A program made the translations under genes and the position numbers. The notes under the pieces are model-generated. The model searched no databases. It was not told the DNA's origin and saw only the letters and a list, made by a program, of their open reading frames with translations. Below, in pieces: positions 1 to 8,516 of a DNA stretch of 64,000 nt. Within the stretch, counting starts at the first letter, position 1. Each line of letters starts with the position of its first letter. The stretch covers positions 448,001 to 512,000 of the forward strand of contig CAXRHT010000003.1 of the NCBI GenBank assembly GCA_964230645.1, in the 5' to 3' direction. This stretch comes from Bdellovibrionales bacterium. Its GTDB lineage: Bacteria; Bdellovibrionota; Bdellovibrionia; Bdellovibrionales; JAGQZY01.

Positions 1-2
1 AG

Positions 3-209
3 TTTAACCGAGTCCCTGCGACGGAGCTGAAATGGTATAAAAAACCTGGGGTGAAAACTTTTAAAAAGATTATTCTCGATGATAAAAAAATGAAGACGGA
101 TGGTTCTCTTAATTTTGTTTTCTTAAAAAGTATAGGAAAACCCATTGTTAAATCCGTTCTCGTAGAGGACCTACTTTCTGAGGCGAGTCGACAAAATTGG
201 ATCAAATAA
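3..209 (+). CDS. aroB: 3-dehydroquinate synthase, C-terminal fragment (5' end outside window)
   Basis: Manual translation ...ILDDKKMKTDGSLNFVFLKSIGKPIVKSV...NWIK* matches the AroB C-terminal DKK...F(V)LL..IG motif; lies directly upstream of aroA. Confidence 0.75.
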   Translation, partial: FNRVPATELKWYKKPGVKTFKKIILDDKKMKTDGSLNFVFLKSIGKPIVKSVLVEDLLSEASRQNWIK

Positions 210-1387
210 AAGAGTTTCAATATTCAGGAAAAATAAGTGCTTCGAAGTCTCTCTACAATCGAGCTTTAATCTTGCAATCCTTTTTCCCCGACTTCCACAT
301 TATTGGGGAGTCTCAGTGCGAAGATGTGCTTTATCTCAGACAAGCTTTAATGAATTTGGAGACAGGTCTTGAGACCGCCTTTGATTGCGGCTCAGGTGGC
401 ACAACCCTAAGGTTTTTATTAGCAAGGCTTTCACGGGAGGAAGGGGAGTTTGTCATCCGAGGTTCCAATCGTTTGATGCAAAGACCTCACAAACCTCTTT
501 ACGATAGCTTGCGTGCGCTAGGCTGTGAGATCTCCTATGAAAATGCTGGTGAAATCCATTTGATTTCTAAGGGTTGGCAAAAACAAAAAGTGACACTCAA
601 TCTAGATTTCTCAAGCCAATTTCTATCGGCCTTACTACTTTCTTGCTGGAAGCTTCCCTTTGATTTTGAAATTCAGACGGGTCCAAGGGAACAAGGAGGA
701 TCTTATTTAGAAATGACGATCGCCTTTTTAAAGTCCATGGGTATGGTGATTGATGAAGGAGAAGATTTCCTGAAGGTTCCTAAAAACCAAGAGCCCAAAG
801 AAAATTCTTATGAAGTGGAGCCTGATATGAGCTCAGCTTTTACTCTAGGGGCCTTTGCTTTTTTAAAAGGAAAGCTTGTCCTCGAGTCGTTTCCTGAAAA
901 ATCACTTCAGCCTGATTTTATCTTTACCGAACTCTTTGAAGTAATGGGCGCAAAACCTGAATATAATTCTGCAAAAAGAACATTGATCGTTGAAAAGGCT
1001 CAGTCTCCTCAAAGTGTGAATTGGAATTTGCGCAAAAATCCGGATCTCTTTCCTGTTTTAGCCGTCCTTCTTTCCCGAGTGCCTGGGGAGTCCTTTTTAT
1101 CAGGGCTTGAGGCCTTGGCTTTTAAGGAGTCCCACCGTCTTGATAATATCGTGGATCTTCTCTCAGAGCTTGGTTTTAAATGTAGCGTACAGAATAAAAG
1201 ATTTGTGATCAAAGGGGAAGCAACCCATACCTATCCGGAGGAGCCACTGAATTTTGATCCTGACCAAGATCATCGCATGGCCATGGCTGCGGCCTTAGCT
1301 TGCTATCAAGGAGCTTCCATAGAAATATCTCACCCAGAGGTGGTCAATAAAAGTTTTCCGGAGTTCTGGGAGATTTTAAAACTATGA
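197..1387 (+). CDS. aroA: EPSP synthase (3-phosphoshikimate 1-carboxyvinyltransferase)
   Basis: Motifs SKSLYNR, GSGGTTLRFL, SSQFLSALL, EPDMSS, KESHRL, DHRMAMA, VNKSFPEFW; TTG start overlaps the end of aroB. Confidence 0.95.
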   Translation: MDQIKEFQYSGKISASKSLYNRALILQSFFPDFHIIGESQCEDVLYLRQALMNLETGLETAFDCGSGGTTLRFLLARLSREEGEFVIRGSNRLMQRPHKPLYDSLRALGCEISYENAGEIHLISKGWQKQKVTLNLDFSSQFLSALLLSCWKLPFDFEIQTGPREQGGSYLEMTIAFLKSMGMVIDEGEDFLKVPKNQEPKENSYEVEPDMSSAFTLGAFAFLKGKLVLESFPEKSLQPDFIFTELFEVMGAKPEYNSAKRTLIVEKAQSPQSVNWNLRKNPDLFPVLAVLLSRVPGESFLSGLEALAFKESHRLDNIVDLLSELGFKCSVQNKRFVIKGEATHTYPEEPLNFDPDQDHRMAMAAALACYQGASIEISHPEVVNKSFPEFWEILKL

Positions 1388-3084
1388 ACAGTTGGATTCT
1401 TGTTGGACATCGGGGGGTAGGGAAAAGCACAGTCTTCAACCTATTAAAGCGGCGCTTTAGTGGTGAATTCCTATTTTACTCCTTAGACGAAGAAATTGTT
1501 AAAAAGACAGGTCAGAGTATTAAAGAAATTTTTGACAAAGAGGGGGAGAAAAAGTTTCGTGAGTATGAGAATGACATCTTCAAAGTGCTTTCTGATAAAC
1601 CCCAAAAAAAACCTCTGATCGTCGATCTTGGAGCGGGATTTCAAGGAAATAAACCTCATGGTTGGAAGGGGTTATGGGTTAAGCGCAGTATTGATTCCTC
1701 CAAATCTCTTTTTCTTAACAGACCGAAACTTTCAGACTCCTTGCAAATGTCAAAAGAGCGTTTCCAAGCCCGAGAAAAAAAGTACTTCGAGATGAGTGAT
1801 TTTGAACTTCTTCTTCCAGAGGGTTTATCTGAGTTGAGCCATCCAGATGGGAAAATTTTTGATAGTTTGATGGCTGAAAAGCCAGTGAAGCTTCCCCTTC
1901 AAGCCTGGGGTTGGACTCTGCAAGGTGAGGGTTTTAACAAGAAAAAAGAGTGGTTAGAAAGTTTAGGGCTTGGCTTTTTGGAATACCGCGATGATCTGAT
2001 TGACCAAAGACCACAAGAAAAAGCCAGCAATGAATTGATGAGCTATCGCAGCTCTCCTAAAAAGAAAAATAAAAACTTAAAGTTTTATGACTGGCCTCTA
2101 GAGTGGAGTTGGGACGAAGAGGCCTCTCTTCTTTCCCTTCACAGCAAAACAAAAAGCCTTGAAGAAACTTTTGAGAATTTGCCAAAAACCGATCAAATAA
2201 TAAAACTGGCTCTTCCAGTAGAGAACTTTTCAGAACTTATAGAGGGCCACCGCTGGGCCATAGAAGATAAGGATAAAAGAATTTTTCTTCCCATGTCGAA
2301 AGAAGGCCGCTGGTCTTGGTATCGCCTTCTTAGCTCTCGTTGGCATAAGTATAATTTTTTAAAATTGTCGGAAGGCTCTGCTCCCGATCAACCGAGCCTT
2401 TTTGATGTGGTGAATTTCAATCCTCAATTTTGCTCTTTTGCGGCCATCCTTGGTTCACCCGTGAGTCATTCCCTGACCCCAAGGTTCCATCAAAATTTTT
2501 TTCAAGAAAAAAAATCCAATATTTTGCGAATTGATGTGAATGAAAGCGAAGTGGATAAAGCTCTTCCCTTCTTAAAAGAATTGGGGCTAAGGTGGGCGGC
2601 GGTAACCTCTCCTTTGAAAAAGGAAGTGGCACGATTCACGAAAAGTGATCTCGATGCTGTTAACACTTTGGCCTGGCGGAATGAAAGTTGGCAGACCACA
2701 AATACCGACGCCAAAGGTTTTGAGTTCTTGATGAGAGATTATGACAGATCTTCGAAAGTGATTTGGGGAGGGGGAGGAACGCTTTCCTCTCTAAACCCTT
2801 CCGGAGTGCCCTCCGCCTTTTATTCCTCAAGAACGGGGAAGCTGAAGAGGGGCGATGAGATTGACCAGCCAGAAGTTCTCGTGTGGGCTGTGGGAAGAGA
2901 ACAATTTGACAAAAAAGGCGTTTTTCCTTCCAAAGATTGGCCCATTAAGATGGTACTTGATCTTAATTACAGTCAGAACTCACCGGGAATTGAGTGTGCC
3001 TCCCGTTATGGTTGCCAATATCGGTCGGGATTGGATATGTTTGTCGCGCAAGCAAAAGCCCAACAGGAGTTTTGGAATGAGTAG
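1384..3084 (+). CDS. trifunctional shikimate kinase / type I 3-dehydroquinate dehydratase / shikimate dehydrogenase fusion (AroK-AroD-AroE)
   Basis: N-terminal P-loop GHRGVGKST and GEKKFREYE (AroK); central LEYRDD, SLH, IIKLA and SAPDQ (type I AroD-like); C-terminal GSPVSHSLTP, AVTSPLK, AVNTL, NTDAKG, GGGGT and GLDMFVAQA (AroE). Confidence 0.85.
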   Translation: MNSWILVGHRGVGKSTVFNLLKRRFSGEFLFYSLDEEIVKKTGQSIKEIFDKEGEKKFREYENDIFKVLSDKPQKKPLIVDLGAGFQGNKPHGWKGLWVKRSIDSSKSLFLNRPKLSDSLQMSKERFQAREKKYFEMSDFELLLPEGLSELSHPDGKIFDSLMAEKPVKLPLQAWGWTLQGEGFNKKKEWLESLGLGFLEYRDDLIDQRPQEKASNELMSYRSSPKKKNKNLKFYDWPLEWSWDEEASLLSLHSKTKSLEETFENLPKTDQIIKLALPVENFSELIEGHRWAIEDKDKRIFLPMSKEGRWSWYRLLSSRWHKYNFLKLSEGSAPDQPSLFDVVNFNPQFCSFAAILGSPVSHSLTPRFHQNFFQEKKSNILRIDVNESEVDKALPFLKELGLRWAAVTSPLKKEVARFTKSDLDAVNTLAWRNESWQTTNTDAKGFEFLMRDYDRSSKVIWGGGGTLSSLNPSGVPSAFYSSRTGKLKRGDEIDQPEVLVWAVGREQFDKKGVFPSKDWPIKMVLDLNYSQNSPGIECASRYGCQYRSGLDMFVAQAKAQQEFWNE

Positions 3085-4045
3085 AGGTTCAAATACTTTT
3101 GGTCAATATTTTCAGTGGACAAGTTTTGGTGAAAGCCATGGCCCAGCCATGGGTGTGGTGATCGATGGTTGTCCCGCGGGACTCGAGTTTGATAGCGATT
3201 TGCTTTTGAGTAATTTAGCAAAAAGGCGACCTGGTAAAAAAGGGGAGTCGGGGCGACAGGAAGCCGATGAGCCTGAAATCCTTAGTGGTGTGTTTGAAGG
3301 GCGAACCTTAGGAACACCCATTGCCATGGTGGTAAGAAATCAAGATCAACGCTCCAAAGACTATAGTGAGATTAAAAATAGTCCTCGCACGGGGCACGCC
3401 GATGACCTTTGGAAAGAAAAGTTTTCCAATTGGGACTATCGAGGGGGTGGTAGAGCCTCTGCCAGAGAAACTCTCAATTGGGTAATGGCAGGTTCGGTCG
3501 CCCAAATGTTAGTAAGAGCCCTTTATGCTTCAACGAGTGTTCGCAGTGAAATTTTGGAAGTCGGTGGCGAGACTTTTAAAGGTAAAGACGATCCCAAACT
3601 CCTCGAGATGTTAGAACAAGCCAAAACAGACGGGGAGAGCTTTGGTGCGATTTTAGGTCTTAGCATCACTCACCCTCCGAGGCTTCTTGGTGAGCCCACA
3701 CTCACAAAATTTAAGGGAGTGCTGGGGCAAGCTCTGATGCTTATCAATGCTTGTTGTGGTGTAGAGTGGGGTGATGGATTTAAGATGGCTCGTAAAAAAG
3801 GAAGTGAGGTTCATCAAGACCCTCAGTCTCCGAGTTACGGAGGCCAGCGTGGGGGAATCACCACGGGAGAGGAGGTCACTATTCAAATGGCTTTTAAACC
3901 CACCTCTAGTATCAAAGATATCGCCAAGAAAGGACGACATGATCCATGTGTCGCTTTAAGAGCGGGTCCGATCGCTGAAGCCATGGTTTGGAACGTTATG
4001 GCCGATTTAATCTTGGCAAGACGTCTCAACAATATGGATATTTAA
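3077..4045 (+). CDS. aroC: chorismate synthase
   Basis: FGESHG, RGGGRASARET and GRHDPCV motifs. The real start is most likely ATG 3077 (MSRGSNTFG), not the ORF-track start at 2855. Confidence 0.95.
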   Translation: MSRGSNTFGQYFQWTSFGESHGPAMGVVIDGCPAGLEFDSDLLLSNLAKRRPGKKGESGRQEADEPEILSGVFEGRTLGTPIAMVVRNQDQRSKDYSEIKNSPRTGHADDLWKEKFSNWDYRGGGRASARETLNWVMAGSVAQMLVRALYASTSVRSEILEVGGETFKGKDDPKLLEMLEQAKTDGESFGAILGLSITHPPRLLGEPTLTKFKGVLGQALMLINACCGVEWGDGFKMARKKGSEVHQDPQSPSYGGQRGGITTGEEVTIQMAFKPTSSIKDIAKKGRHDPCVALRAGPIAEAMVWNVMADLILARRLNNMDI

Positions 4046-4749
4046 TTTTTATCGGCGGCAGAAATTCTCTTCAATTGTTCAATGATAACATTTGAATGTT
4101 CGTAGCGAAAATGAACGTCATAGTCTCCGATGATACTTTTATAAACTTCTTTCGTGTCGGTCGAATCTCGATCGACCAGGTTACGAACTTCATACTGAAG
4201 GGTTTGTTTTAAAAGATCTCCGTAGTCTTGGCTTGATGAGGCTTCCAAAATTTGTTCCGCCTCTTTAGAAAAACGGACTTCAAATAAAGTTTCCTGGGCA
4301 GAGCCTGTCCAACCGACCTCTACATTGTCGGCCTGATCATAGGCAGGGATATAGGGCTTGATATCAAAAATTGGAGTGCCATCGACCAGATCTGTCGCCG
4401 AGATTAAAAGTTCATTTTTTTCAAAATCGATGGAAAGCAATCGAACAAGTGTTAGACCCACGGGATTGGGGCGATGGGGTGACCGGGTCGCAAGCACTCC
4501 TTTTTTTTCTCCTTTTAAACGAGGGGGCCTAATTTTACCGTTGATGCGACTGGGTCCTTTTTTGTGGAAATAGGAGAAAAGCCAAATGTGACTAAAGTCA
4601 CCGAGATCCGTTAAAATTCCCTCGGGGAGCCAGGGTTCTAAAATGACTTTTGAAGGGACGTTGTGACGGAGCACGGCCTGACGAGGAGTGCAAAACTTTT
4701 GTTTGTAAGGGGAGGCAACCCTTCCTATGGCTTTGAGTGGGATTTCCAT
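4042..4749 (-). CDS. tsaA: tRNA (N6-threonylcarbamoyladenosine(37)-N6)-methyltransferase TrmO
   Basis: SPYKQKFCTPRQ, GVLATRSPHRPNPVGL and DLVDGTPIFDIKPY motifs. Confidence 0.9.
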   Translation of the reverse strand: MEIPLKAIGRVASPYKQKFCTPRQAVLRHNVPSKVILEPWLPEGILTDLGDFSHIWLFSYFHKKGPSRINGKIRPPRLKGEKKGVLATRSPHRPNPVGLTLVRLLSIDFEKNELLISATDLVDGTPIFDIKPYIPAYDQADNVEVGWTGSAQETLFEVRFSKEAEQILEASSSQDYGDLLKQTLQYEVRNLVDRDSTDTKEVYKSIIGDYDVHFRYEHSNVIIEQLKRISAADKN

Positions 4750-4798
4750 GGATTAAGTTTCTAGCATCCCTCATAGGATTATGCTAGGCTAACGACTT

Positions 4799-6838
4799 AT
4801 GAAACCAGACCGAATCTCAGGACTTGTAAAGCGCCACCCCGATGGTTTTGGATTTTTAATCCCTGATCAGCCCGACCAACCCGATCTCTTCCTTTCCCGC
4901 AAAGAAATGGTAGGAATCATGACCAATGACCGCGTTGAAGCGGACTTGATGAAAGAAAAAAAGGGCGACCGTTATTTTGGAAAGTCCGTAGAAATATTGG
5001 AGCGCGGAGTGAACCGCGTTGTTGGAAAAGTAAGGAAGACCTCCAAAGGTGATTTGGAACTTATGGACGGTTTTCAAAAATGGGGTGCGGCTTTAAAAAT
5101 TCCCTATAAAAAATCAAGAGGAGCCGTTGAAGGTGACCTAGTGGCCGTTGAAATTGTAGACTACCCTTCAAAGAAAGGTGACTTTACTGGTCGTGTGGTA
5201 GAAATCATCGGTGATGATAAAGATCCCAATAATGATTTAAAAAGAGTTCTTCATCTTCATGAAATTCCCATGGACTTTCCTTTTAATGTAACCACGGAGG
5301 CTCGCGCGCTCCCAGAGAAAGTGGAAGAAAAAGACGTTCAAGGGCGAAAAGATCTAAGAAAGAAAGCTTTTATCACCATCGATGGGGTTACCGCCAAAGA
5401 TTTTGATGATGCTATTTATGTAGAAAATTCTGAAAAAGGTTTCAGACTCTGGGTGGCTATTGCTGACGTCAGCCATTATGTAAGGCCTGGGTCGGCTCTT
5501 GATGATCAAGCTTTTGATCGTGGGACTAGTGTTTATCTACCTAATTATGTTGTTCCGATGCTTCCGGAAGAACTCTCCAATGAAATTTGTTCTTTAAAGC
5601 CCGAGGTCGACCGTTTGGCTTTTGTTTGTGAAATGGGACTTGGCTTTAATGGAGAGCTTCTTGATTCGCAAGTCTACGAAGCCGTGATTCATTCTCATGC
5701 GCGAGTGACTTACGGCGAAGCTCAAGACATCATCAACGGAGATGAAACCCATAAGAAAAAAGAAGTGCAAGAAAACATCTTGCTGGGCGCTGACCTTGCC
5801 AAAATCTTAATGTCAAAAAGGTTTAAAGAAGGCTCCCTTGATCTGGAAGTTCCAGAAACGGAAGTGGTTGTTGATGAACTAGGGAACACTGTTGATGTTA
5901 TTAAAAGTGAGCGAGTCTTTGCTCACAAACTGATTGAAGAGATGATGTTAATGGCCAATATTGCCGTGGCTCGCATGATTCAAAACAAGGAACAAGCCGG
6001 ACTCTTCCGTGTGCATCCCTCCCCGGAAGGTGAGGATATTGAGCGCATTCAGCAATTTCTCAACCAGTTTGGCAGTCAAAAACGTCTGAGTGGGGGCTCT
6101 TTACAAAAGAAGCTCACTAAAAGTCTCCAGGAATTTAAAGGCAAACCTGAGGGAGTGGTTTTAAATATTTTGACCTTAAGATCAATGAACCAGGCCTGTT
6201 ACTCGGCTGATAATATCGGTCATTTCGGTCTTGGTTTTGCAGATTACGCCCATTTTACTTCACCGATCAGACGTTACCCTGACTTGGTTGTCCACCGCAT
6301 TTTAAAGAAGCTCTTCACGGATTCAAGAGCTGGTTTTCTTTACTCGGAAGAGGATCTACAAACTTTCGGTTCTGTTTTAAGTGCTCATGAGCAGCGTGCA
6401 GTGAAAGCTGAACGCCAAGTGATCTCCATTAAAAAGGCGCGCTTTCTAGAGGATAAAGTCGGAGAGATTTTCCCGGGTATTATAAGTAGTGTCACGAAAT
6501 TCGGAGTTTTTGTCCTTCTTAGACAATTTGATATTGATGGTCTGGTCAAAGTTGAAAATCTAGGAGATGATTACTTTGAATACGATGAAGATCAATTGAT
6601 TCTGGTTGGGAAAAAATCAGGAAAAGTGTTCAAGCTTGGAGACACGGTGGAAGTCCTTGTTTCAGCCGTGGACACAGAAGATGGTAAAATTGACTTCATG
6701 CTAACAAAAGAGGGTAGCAATGAGTTGGTTACAAAAACCCATTCAAATCGGCGAGACAATAAAAAACGCGGGAAGACTCAGAAAAATCGTAAGCGTGTTC
6801 GCAAGAAACGGGTTTCAGGACGTCGCTCAAAAAATTAG
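4799..6838 (+). CDS. rnr: ribonuclease R
   Basis: HPDGFGF, FITIDGVTAKDFDDA, AIADVSHYV, HFTSPIRRYPDL, S1 domain and basic C-terminal tail. Confidence 0.95.
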   Translation: MKPDRISGLVKRHPDGFGFLIPDQPDQPDLFLSRKEMVGIMTNDRVEADLMKEKKGDRYFGKSVEILERGVNRVVGKVRKTSKGDLELMDGFQKWGAALKIPYKKSRGAVEGDLVAVEIVDYPSKKGDFTGRVVEIIGDDKDPNNDLKRVLHLHEIPMDFPFNVTTEARALPEKVEEKDVQGRKDLRKKAFITIDGVTAKDFDDAIYVENSEKGFRLWVAIADVSHYVRPGSALDDQAFDRGTSVYLPNYVVPMLPEELSNEICSLKPEVDRLAFVCEMGLGFNGELLDSQVYEAVIHSHARVTYGEAQDIINGDETHKKKEVQENILLGADLAKILMSKRFKEGSLDLEVPETEVVVDELGNTVDVIKSERVFAHKLIEEMMLMANIAVARMIQNKEQAGLFRVHPSPEGEDIERIQQFLNQFGSQKRLSGGSLQKKLTKSLQEFKGKPEGVVLNILTLRSMNQACYSADNIGHFGLGFADYAHFTSPIRRYPDLVVHRILKKLFTDSRAGFLYSEEDLQTFGSVLSAHEQRAVKAERQVISIKKARFLEDKVGEIFPGIISSVTKFGVFVLLRQFDIDGLVKVENLGDDYFEYDEDQLILVGKKSGKVFKLGDTVEVLVSAVDTEDGKIDFMLTKEGSNELVTKTHSNRRDNKKRGKTQKNRKRVRKKRVSGRRSKN

Positions 6839-8384
6839 ACTGCACTCTTTTGTGAGCTCCTGGGGCGCTCCGAAAGACACCTCTCACTTAACCACAGCGC
6901 AAAGAGTTCGAATTTCCTTTGAAGAACTGGGGCCGACTTTTATTAAATTGGGTCAGCTTTTAGCCTCAAGGCCTGATGTTATCCCTGTCGATTATATTGC
7001 CGAATTTAGAAAGCTTCAGGATCAAATCCCAGCGATTCCTTTTGAAGAAATCGAGAAAATTTTAGACGATCAATTCCCAGGCGGTTATAAAAAGATCTTT
7101 AAAGAATTTTCTGAAGAAGCCATAGGATCAGCCAGTATTGCCCAGGTTCACCGAGCCATCCTGATGGACGGAACCGCTGTGGTAGTAAAAATCCAGAAAC
7201 CAGGGGTTCAGGAGATCATTGAAGATGATATCCGCATTATGCATCTGGTGGCGGGTCTTTGTGAAGACTACATTCCAGAATCAAAAATTTTTAATCCTTC
7301 CGGCATGGTAAACGAGTTTTCCCGCTCCATTTCGCTAGAAACCAATTTTGTAGTGGAAGCCAACAACATCAAGCGCTTTCAGGAAAACTTCGCAGGGGAT
7401 CCCCATATTAAAATTCCCACTATTTATCTAGAACACTCAGGGCCTCGTGTTTTAGTGATGGAAGAGCTTTTTGGCACCCCCATGAGTAAAACCGATGTCT
7501 TTTTGAGTGAAGGTGTTGACCGAGATGCTCTTATGAAGGTCGGTCTTCGTGCCTATTTTTCCATGGTATTTCGCGACGGACTTTTCCACGGAGACTTACA
7601 CGCCGGCAACATTTTTATACTCGAAGGCAACCGTGTGGGCTTTATTGATTTCGGAATGGTGGGTCGAGTTTCTCGGAAAACACAAACCTCCATTGCCAGT
7701 ATGTTTATGGCTCTCGTCGCAGAGGACTATGACCGTTTAGCTTACGAGTACATTGAACTGGCCCCCTTTAACAATCGCACCGAAAGACAAGCTCTCGCTC
7801 AGGATTTGCGCTCTATACTTTCCCCCTTCTTTGGGCTGACTCTAAAAAATGTGAATATGGGAAAACTTCTCTTGGAGTCCTCAAGGGTGGCAGCGAAACA
7901 TCATGTGGTTCTTCCTTCTGAACTGATGATGTTTTTTAAATCAATGGTCTCCATTGAAGGCTTAGCCCGCATGGTAAGAGAAGATTTCGACATGCTTCCC
8001 TTTGTCAAAGAGTCGGCCAAAGAACTTCTTAAAACAAAAGTTTCGACCACCGAGCTTTTTTCTGATGCCACTTTTCAAATGAAAGAATGGACCTCTCTTT
8101 TAGAGAGTATTCCAAAAGAAATAAAAAACCATCTCCGCAAAATCAATCACCCTGACTACAGAGAGACCGTAGAAATCCATCAACTTCGCGATATGGAATC
8201 GACAATCTATCAGTCAGCTAGGCTCGTTTTCATAGGACTTGTTATCTCAGCCCTAACGATTTCAGGTGCGATGACTTTTGAAACCGCAAACACCGAAATG
8301 CTTTACGGCTTCCCTATAATAAGCCTAAGCATGTTCGTTCTAGCCGCCCTCCTCTTCGTCCGCTTCTTCCTAAAAAACAAGTAA
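6720..8384 (+). CDS. ubiB: UbiB/AarF (ABC1) family atypical kinase
   Basis: LGPTFIKLGQ, ASIAQVH, VVVKIQKP, FHGDLHAGN and IDFGMVG motifs; two C-terminal TM helices. Confidence 0.85.
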   Translation: MSWLQKPIQIGETIKNAGRLRKIVSVFARNGFQDVAQKIRLHSFVSSWGAPKDTSHLTTAQRVRISFEELGPTFIKLGQLLASRPDVIPVDYIAEFRKLQDQIPAIPFEEIEKILDDQFPGGYKKIFKEFSEEAIGSASIAQVHRAILMDGTAVVVKIQKPGVQEIIEDDIRIMHLVAGLCEDYIPESKIFNPSGMVNEFSRSISLETNFVVEANNIKRFQENFAGDPHIKIPTIYLEHSGPRVLVMEELFGTPMSKTDVFLSEGVDRDALMKVGLRAYFSMVFRDGLFHGDLHAGNIFILEGNRVGFIDFGMVGRVSRKTQTSIASMFMALVAEDYDRLAYEYIELAPFNNRTERQALAQDLRSILSPFFGLTLKNVNMGKLLLESSRVAAKHHVVLPSELMMFFKSMVSIEGLARMVREDFDMLPFVKESAKELLKTKVSTTELFSDATFQMKEWTSLLESIPKEIKNHLRKINHPDYRETVEIHQLRDMESTIYQSARLVFIGLVISALTISGAMTFETANTEMLYGFPIISLSMFVLAALLFVRFFLKNK

Positions 8385-8387
8385 CTC

Positions 8388-8408
8388 AAAAGGTGCCAGG
8401 CACCTTTT
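8388..8408. repeat. perfect palindrome AAAAGGTGCC-A-GGCACCTTTT (REP-like element or terminator)
   Basis: 10-bp inverted repeat starting 4 nt after the ubiB stop. Confidence 0.6.
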
Positions 8409-8473
8409 TGGCACAAAAAAAGTCCAATGTTTGAGTGAGACATTGGACTTAGAGTTTTTTGTTTGTTTTTAAG

Positions 8474-8499
8474 AGAACCCTCTTTGGAAGGAGGGTTCT
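8474..8499. terminator. probable bidirectional terminator hairpin between convergent genes
   Basis: AGAACCCTC-N8-GAGGGTTCT stem in an AT-rich context. Confidence 0.55.
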
Positions 8500-8516
8500 T
8501 TAATTTTTGAGTTTTA

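Noticed and set aside
197..209. Programmed frameshift fusing aroB to aroA
   Set aside because: There is no convincing slippery site with a stimulatory structure; simple translational coupling is sufficient
2855..3076. 74-aa N-terminal extension of AroC in the ORF track
   Set aside because: It overlaps the upstream fusion gene; AroC similarity begins at ATG 3077
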